Source of the DNA: Acanthaster planci | Taxonomy: Eukaryota | DNA: 64,000 nt | Direction of reading: 5' to 3' | NCBI RefSeq assembly: GCF_001949145.1 | Contig: NW_019091358.1 | Coordinates: forward strand, 1,364,961-1,428,960 | Shown here: piece after piece, positions 62,101 to 64,000 of the stretch | Layout: each line of letters opens with the position of its first letter | Numbering within the stretch: position 1 is the first letter of the stretch | Translations under genes and position numbers: made by a program | Notes under the pieces: model-generated | Told to the model about the DNA's origin: nothing | What the model saw: the letters and a program-made list of their open reading frames with translations, nothing else | Databases searched by the model: none

Positions 62101-63751
62101 AAATCAATTAAAGTTTTAAAATTAAAGTTTTTTCCCTGACGTGACATCAATTTTGCTCATGGACATCGAATTTTGCATTTGCATAAAAATAAAAGTAACT
62201 CCTATATACCTCTGAAGATATCAGAATAAAGAAATAAGGTTCATCGAAGATTTCAAACACACATTGGTTCGACAGATGAGGCGCACTATTGTGAAGTGCC
62301 CATATTAACGGTGCATTTTCCAAGTTAGTAGTTAATTAAACAAAGGAATACATAGACCCTATAAGGACAGTTCGGGAGCCAGGAGAAGTTTGCAGGATTG
62401 AGGAACATAGAGCCCAGTCACTAATACCAGGACGTCTAGGAGGATTGAGGAAGGTCCCATTTGGGGTTACAGGATGCACTGAGTGACTTGGCACTGTGCC
62501 AATCATCTCCTTTTGTTTGATGGTCCAGCTTTCAGAAGGTTGCCAAGAAGTACCACCTGGTGCCGGATGACCCTTGGAGGGTCCAACGCAAGGAAGCCCT
62601 GAAGGAATTCAAGTTCAACTTGGAGTCCAAGGTCCCATCCAAGCTTCCCAAGGAGCTGCAGAAGGCCATCCAGGAGCTGGTCGGTAGTTTTCCCATCACT
62701 TCCCCCCCCCCCAATAAAAATCCATTGCCTCTTTTTTCAGTGGAAGAGATTATCCAGGCTTTGTAATCCTAGCTGTGTGTACCATGCTGTTTGTTTGTTT
62801 GTTTGTCTGCCACAGCGTCACACTTTGAAAACCTCATTAACAGCATTTACCTAATGTTGCAAGAGGTTTTTTAACCACTTCCATATGTAAACCGTATGGT
62901 TTATATGCGTGGCCAGGGTCTCCGAACTCGGACAAAGGAAAGAGGGCCCTGTAACAAAAGACCGTACTCCGAACAAAAGACCAGGCTGCTGGGCATTACC
63001 GGCATTTTTCACTCTCNNNNNNNNNNNNNNNNNNNNNNNNNNNNNNNNNNNNNNNNNNNNNNNNNNNNNNNNNNNNNNNNNNNNNNNNNNNNNNNNNNNN
63101 NNNNNNNNNNNNNNNNNNNNNNNNNNNNNNNNNNNNNNNNNNNNNNNNNNNNNNGTGAACAAAAGACAGTTGTATAACATCGCACAATCTGGGCTCTGTT
63201 TACAAGGCTGCAGGCCTGGCTGAAATACTCGGGTGTCAATGAAAGTCACCTGTCAACTTAGAGTAGTGCCTGAAGATTACTTGGTGCGGCTATAAACGAT
63301 CGTTAAATGGAATGATGAATTTTTGAAGGATTTTGAAAACGGAAAAAATGATATCATGCCTGCCCAGCATCATCAACATTGAAAAATGCCCCGGCACGAA
63401 GTGGTTAATATGGTGTAGCTGATGTGTTGCTTTTGTGTCAAATTGTAGGCCTTTTGCATGAACAAAGAGGTAGCTTTTTGAACCAAGCAGCCATTTCCTT
63501 TTGTGTAACAAAATGCATTTATCTTAAGAGTTCTGCACATTTATTGCTTCGCATGTAAAAAAAAAAAATTTATAAACTAATGATCCGCTCTACTGTTAAT
63601 GCACAAGTGATGTTTGTTTTTATCAGATCAAACCAGAGATACTTGCAAGGGCCTTGTCGGACTCTGGCATTGACACGTCCATTATGAACATGGGCAACCA
63701 CCTCCCCAGGGAATCTCTACTAAAAGCTAAGGAGGTCTTGGTCAAGATAAG
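19917..63751 (+). CDS. Ankyrin-repeat, WGR-domain poly(ADP-ribose) polymerase (PME-5/TANK-1-like). 37 exons traced; the 5' end is uncertain and the 3' part (rest of the regulatory domain and presumed catalytic domain) lies beyond the window.
   Basis: Exons: 19917-20108, 20474-21242, 22208-22489, 22644-22728, 24219-24326, 25603-25722, 26187-26270, 26753-26916, 28568-28680, 29427-29512, 30106-30262, 32432-32640, 34053-34274, 35316-35357, 35629-35754, 36765-36926, 38962-39099, 40101-40145, 41971-42040, 42901-43055, 44752-44831, 45498-45610, 45793-46024, 47740-47899, 48300-48376, 50039-50297, 51063-51221, 53057-53174, 53360-53477, 54053-54311, 55577-55703, 58257-58561, 59235-59431, 60414-60519, 61531-61700, 62529-62679, 63627-63751. 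All are GT-AG with continuous phase. They encode many G-TPLH-A ankyrin repeats, a WGR domain (NNFYKMQ...LLFTRWGRIG...EFQKIFRAKTANHW...KKYHLV) and the start of a PARP regulatory domain. Confidence 0.92.
20474..21242 (+). CDS. ANK-WGR-PARP exon, Lys-rich tandem-repeat region
   Basis: cgtag|DAKKPPAKAK...(KKSEDKTKTKSQ)x10...DPMFEV|gtaagt; the phase-2 exit joins exon 22208. Confidence 0.8.
20692..21051 (+). repeat. Coding 36-bp tandem repeat, 10 copies
   Basis: Unit aagaaaagtgaggac(aa/gg/ag)aacaaagacaaaaagccaa = KK(S/R)ED(K/G/R)TKTKS(Q/K). Confidence 0.97.
21373..21692 (+). mobile_element. tRNA-derived SINE
   Basis: tggcctagtg A box, ggttcgaaacc B box, central ccacccaagagtaaatgggtacc motif and AT-rich tail. 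Confidence 0.6.
22208..22489 (+). CDS. ANK-WGR-PARP exon
   Basis: NEKEIPEVSTFVQCKRSIRAV...RTALDYAVRTENHAALKLLL...SSG|gtaagg. Confidence 0.9.
22644..22728 (+). CDS. ANK-WGR-PARP exon
   Basis: VAFSSSGHQSRNIFLGRGNKEGNNAFTK|gtaagt. Confidence 0.9.
22790..23050. repeat. Degenerate (ccaac/cccag)n pentamer tract
   Basis: ccaacaccaagccagcccaaccccgctcaatgccccagcc... Confidence 0.6.
23081..23610 (+). mobile_element. Degraded THAP-domain DNA transposon (Kolobok-like) relic
   Basis: ATG 23346 starts MPYCIAKYC, a frameshift leads to WHTLPEK...WL...ARVCIEHFTCDDY, then a stop and RLRMKPDVVPSVF. This is the C2CH + AVP-box layout of THAP. A TTAA|AGG left end is at 23077-23083. Confidence 0.65.
24219..24326 (+). 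CDS. ANK-WGR-PARP exon
   Basis: DTQNANPRHQYIDEVIECGVSLSTIDLILATDPNAE; phase 0-0. Confidence 0.8.
25107..25567. mobile_element. MITE with about 27-bp TIR (Harbinger-like GGGC ends)
   Basis: gggcatattcgaaaccccgttctcgtg / cacaagaatggggtttcgaatacgccc. Confidence 0.8.
25603..25722 (+). CDS. ANK-WGR-PARP exon
   Basis: ELLFRSIHKIAREGHYKLAGYLVDKARKLSRLGFNKVHQE|gtgagt. Confidence 0.9.
26187..26270 (+). CDS. ANK-WGR-PARP exon
   Basis: VLLAERPEDLSPCLTISVKKKAYYEVDK|gttagt. Confidence 0.88.
26517..26690 (+). mobile_element. tRNA-derived SINE (Meta/V-type core)
   Basis: tagcgtagcgg A box, gggtttgagtccc B box, and core ggttttctccaggtactccagcttcctcc. Confidence 0.75.
26753..26916 (+). CDS. ANK-WGR-PARP exon (ankyrin)
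   Basis: ITPVHFAAINPNPKILEKL...RPIHYAAACEGSGPLEFLLK. Confidence 0.93.
27602..28079. mobile_element. MITE nested in an older cacaagtcc-type element (about 27415-28130)
   Basis: TIR caggcccgt / acgggcctg. The host arms agtccatcacaagtcc and gggacttgt...ttgtgatgaact flank it. Confidence 0.6.
28568..28680 (+). CDS. ANK-WGR-PARP exon (ankyrin)
   Basis: GVNPEEKHKGGVTPLMIASKRGRAQNVEVLL. Confidence 0.93.
28842..29018. mobile_element. Short MITE
   Basis: TIR caggggtgagatt / aatctcacccctg, flanked by aactgc on both sides. A related left end occurs at about 36990. Confidence 0.8.
29427..29512 (+). CDS. ANK-WGR-PARP exon (ankyrin)
   Basis: EPNEQTGVRRKTAGGNLAIHFAAEGGNV|gtaagt. Confidence 0.9.
30106..30262 (+). 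CDS. ANK-WGR-PARP exon (ankyrin)
   Basis: DCIRSLVNHGADIE...ITPLMIATKYGHFELVEALLDMGA. Confidence 0.95.
31447..32317. mobile_element. Tc1/mariner-pogo-like non-autonomous element
   Basis: TA|ctgtaaacctcggataagtcagat ... atctgacttatccgaggttaaatg|TA. Confidence 0.75.
32432..32640 (+). CDS. ANK-WGR-PARP exon (ankyrin)
   Basis: KFNRTALMLACMNGNYPITALLLRRGADPNSQDSSGNTATHYAAAYGW...DWK. Confidence 0.95.
33385..33795 (-). repeat. Interspersed repeat, copy 1 (inverted relative to 62898-63267)
   Basis: Reverse-complement similarity, e.g. cccagcagcctggtcttttgttccgagtacggtctttt vs aaaagaccgtactccgaacaaaagaccaggctgctggg. Confidence 0.85.
34053..34274 (+). CDS. ANK-WGR-PARP exon (ankyrin)
   Basis: TPPLGVAFMKGHIGCSDLLL...DIHGRNA. 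Confidence 0.93.
34777..35103. mobile_element. MITE with imperfect TIR of about 33 bp
   Basis: tgtttactgcagtgcattgtgggtgaaaagg / cctttcacccgcaatgcatcatggtaaaca. Confidence 0.7.
35316..35357 (+). CDS. ANK-WGR-PARP small exon
   Basis: tgtag|LHYLATSGLPSSYN|gtaagt, which completes the GRNA-LHYLA repeat. Confidence 0.85.
35629..35754 (+). CDS. ANK-WGR-PARP exon (ankyrin)
   Basis: DKIKNAVETAKLDMAKLLIQKGCNASARDKDGNTPINIALQE. Confidence 0.93.
36765..36926 (+). CDS. ANK-WGR-PARP exon (ankyrin)
   Basis: AGSGSMELVKLLLDEGSSLSLKEREDDGGNALHTMARN. Confidence 0.9.
38962..39099 (+). CDS. ANK-WGR-PARP exon (ankyrin)
   Basis: IKQEKSHMK...KIDDEGYTPLLRCAANSYP|gtaagt. Confidence 0.9.
40101..40145 (+). CDS. ANK-WGR-PARP small exon
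   Basis: ttgtag|SMDDEQIANVLSMME|gtaaga. Confidence 0.78.
40406..41154. mobile_element. Kolobok-like non-autonomous DNA transposon
   Basis: TTAA|agaccaactccaa ... ttggagttggtct|TTAA: TTAA target duplication with AG...CT ends. Confidence 0.85.
41478..41717. mobile_element. MITE with about 40-bp TIR
   Basis: ggccgttttccaaaactcaactt..cgtctaaggcttc / gaagcctaagacg..aagttaagtattggaaaacgacc. Confidence 0.8.
41971..42040 (+). CDS. ANK-WGR-PARP exon
   Basis: tttag|ALVEFAKSDISAVVADADDDETH|gtcagt. Confidence 0.82.
42901..43055 (+). CDS. ANK-WGR-PARP exon (ankyrin)
   Basis: LCSTLHLVCS...FNKDGFTPLHLAIKRGQRENTELL. Confidence 0.93.
44752..44831 (+). CDS. ANK-WGR-PARP exon (ankyrin)
   Basis: IKAGADVNQCTRDADGEKNTPLLLAA. 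Confidence 0.92.
45498..45610 (+). CDS. ANK-WGR-PARP exon (ankyrin)
   Basis: HKMHDMLPILVASGANINAVDVRTEKTALHYVMNEGT. Confidence 0.93.
45793..46024 (+). CDS. ANK-WGR-PARP exon (ankyrin)
   Basis: LLEIGADPNALDGKGRTPLHYAVN...QDVRGRLPLHYAFVK. Confidence 0.95.
47081..47453. mobile_element. Palindromic MITE with an extra internal copy of the right arm
   Basis: The left arm tttgccctgcctgacttgtattgtaacactgtac is inverted to tatacagtgttacaatacacgt(c/t)gggcagggcaa, present at about 47167 and about 47418. Confidence 0.75.
47740..47899 (+). CDS. ANK-WGR-PARP exon (ankyrin)
   Basis: HRDKTQTDPIEIV...QDKFGQTPLHWAAYRGSTISAKHLVE. Confidence 0.95.
48300..48376 (+). CDS. ANK-WGR-PARP exon (ankyrin)
   Basis: KSKKLDIKDNHSNTPLAMAVLGGND. 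Confidence 0.92.
50039..50297 (+). CDS. ANK-WGR-PARP exon
   Basis: VAIILIEAGANIN...FVQAVVAEGWQNVIFLVM...CVMQ. Confidence 0.92.
51063..51221 (+). CDS. ANK-WGR-PARP exon (ankyrin)
   Basis: AIFESQKLQLASTMLL...NSRGRNFLHLLS...LYEQ. Confidence 0.9.
53057..53174 (+). CDS. ANK-WGR-PARP exon (ankyrin)
   Basis: IAIPLLERGVKLFARDDKGCTPLHYAAANQNAALCKLLA. Confidence 0.95.
53360..53477 (+). CDS. ANK-WGR-PARP exon (ankyrin)
   Basis: RDEANFKKSLNCKDGRGRTPMAAVFWN. Confidence 0.92.
54053..54311 (+). CDS. ANK-WGR-PARP exon (ankyrin)
   Basis: LFTKFNASLD...SRTPLILYIHTNDFHGCQFLLQNGASCNYADEDGLTPLMHIVRQ. Confidence 0.94.
55577..55703 (+). CDS. ANK-WGR-PARP exon
   Basis: NELDLLQLLLNNDF...LWEQR A|gtgagc. This donor was chosen because it gives the phase 1 needed by exon 58257. 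Confidence 0.75.
56750..57633. other. Assembly gap (others: 2454-2506, 21777-21874, about 23832-23837, 60344-60362, 63017-63154)
   Basis: Runs of N. Confidence 0.99.
58257..58561 (+). CDS. ANK-WGR-PARP exon (last ankyrins)
   Basis: VDLNAADLAGRTAVHHLV...RDKRGKTPLDYAM...AKW. Confidence 0.95.
59235..59431 (+). CDS. ANK-WGR-PARP exon (linker)
   Basis: KLPKPEPASW...NFKADARAMIKQLE...KVDPLSKFKEG. Confidence 0.9.
59732..59966. mobile_element. hAT-like MITE, terminal sequence related to the 9350 element
   Basis: cagtgttgtagtcgagacc / ggtctcgactacaactgtg, 8-bp TSD cttacgct, and internal cacaagacc repeats also seen near 27430 and 41270. Confidence 0.8.
60414..60519 (+). CDS. ANK-WGR-PARP exon (WGR domain start)
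   Basis: VVLMDEELGVPFNATLTRVDVRHGTYGMNNFYKMQ. Confidence 0.95.
61531..61700 (+). CDS. ANK-WGR-PARP exon (WGR motif)
   Basis: IIHQTGKDMILLFTRWGRIGEEGQYQRTPFSSRQEAVKEFQKIFRAKTANHWADVK. Confidence 0.97.
62529..62679 (+). CDS. ANK-WGR-PARP exon (WGR end / regulatory domain start)
   Basis: FQKVAKKYHLV...VPSKLPKELQKAIQEL. Confidence 0.92.
62898..63267 (+). repeat. Interspersed repeat, copy 2 (spans an N gap)
   Basis: Both flanks of gap 63017-63154 match the 33385-33795 copy on the opposite strand. Confidence 0.85.
63627..63751 (+). CDS. ANK-WGR-PARP exon (PARP regulatory domain)
   Basis: IKPEILARALSDSGIDTSIMNMGNHLPRESLLKAKEVLVKI resembles the PARP1-type helical-domain segment (ID..MPLG.LS...I..A..IL..I). 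Confidence 0.88.
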
Positions 63752-64000
63752 GTGAGACTGACAGTCAGCTTTAACAGGAAACCAAGTAGTACCTTATCAA
63801 CTGACCTAGAGTGTCAACAGTTTCTGTTGTGTTTTTTTTTGTGTGGCTGGCCTTGGTGGAATTAGATGCCATATTCAGACAAGCTGTGCTCATATCTTAC
63901 TGAGTTAAACCTGTCATACAAGACATGCCTTGTCTGGTTGAATTTTACCCATGTGCTCTGATCACATTGATTCCAACAATTTCCAGATATGTTTCAGAGG

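Noticed and set aside
19917..63751. Gene symbol TNKS
   Set aside because: No SAM domain was seen, and WGR plus a regulatory domain follow the ankyrins, so orthology to vertebrate tankyrase is unsupported.

Overview
Intron-rich, AT-rich animal (probably invertebrate) genomic DNA with seven N gaps. There are no prokaryotic features and no CRISPR array. Two spliced genes lie head-to-head. (1) On the minus strand is a PLAC8/cornifelin-family Cys-rich gene. Its core exons are 3359-3463, 4394-4533 and 4929-4983, and its probable upstream exons are 12336-12418, 13188-13274 and 14881-15187. (2) On the plus strand is a very large ankyrin-repeat + WGR + PARP-regulatory-domain gene with the C. elegans PME-5/TANK-1 type PARP architecture. 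I traced it through 37 phase-consistent GT-AG exons (19917-63751, 6085 nt, about 2030 codons), and it runs off the right edge. Its N-terminus carries a 10 x 12-aa Lys/Ser repeat, and its best candidate 5' exons contain an in-frame TAG. A decayed TTC22-like TPR pseudogene sits antisense in the largest cornifelin intron. The introns hold many non-autonomous DNA transposons (hAT-, Kolobok-, Tc1/pogo- and Harbinger-like), a THAP-domain transposase relic, tRNA-derived SINEs and a pure purine-pyrimidine alternating tract. All family assignments come from hand translation and motif recognition; no database search was run.
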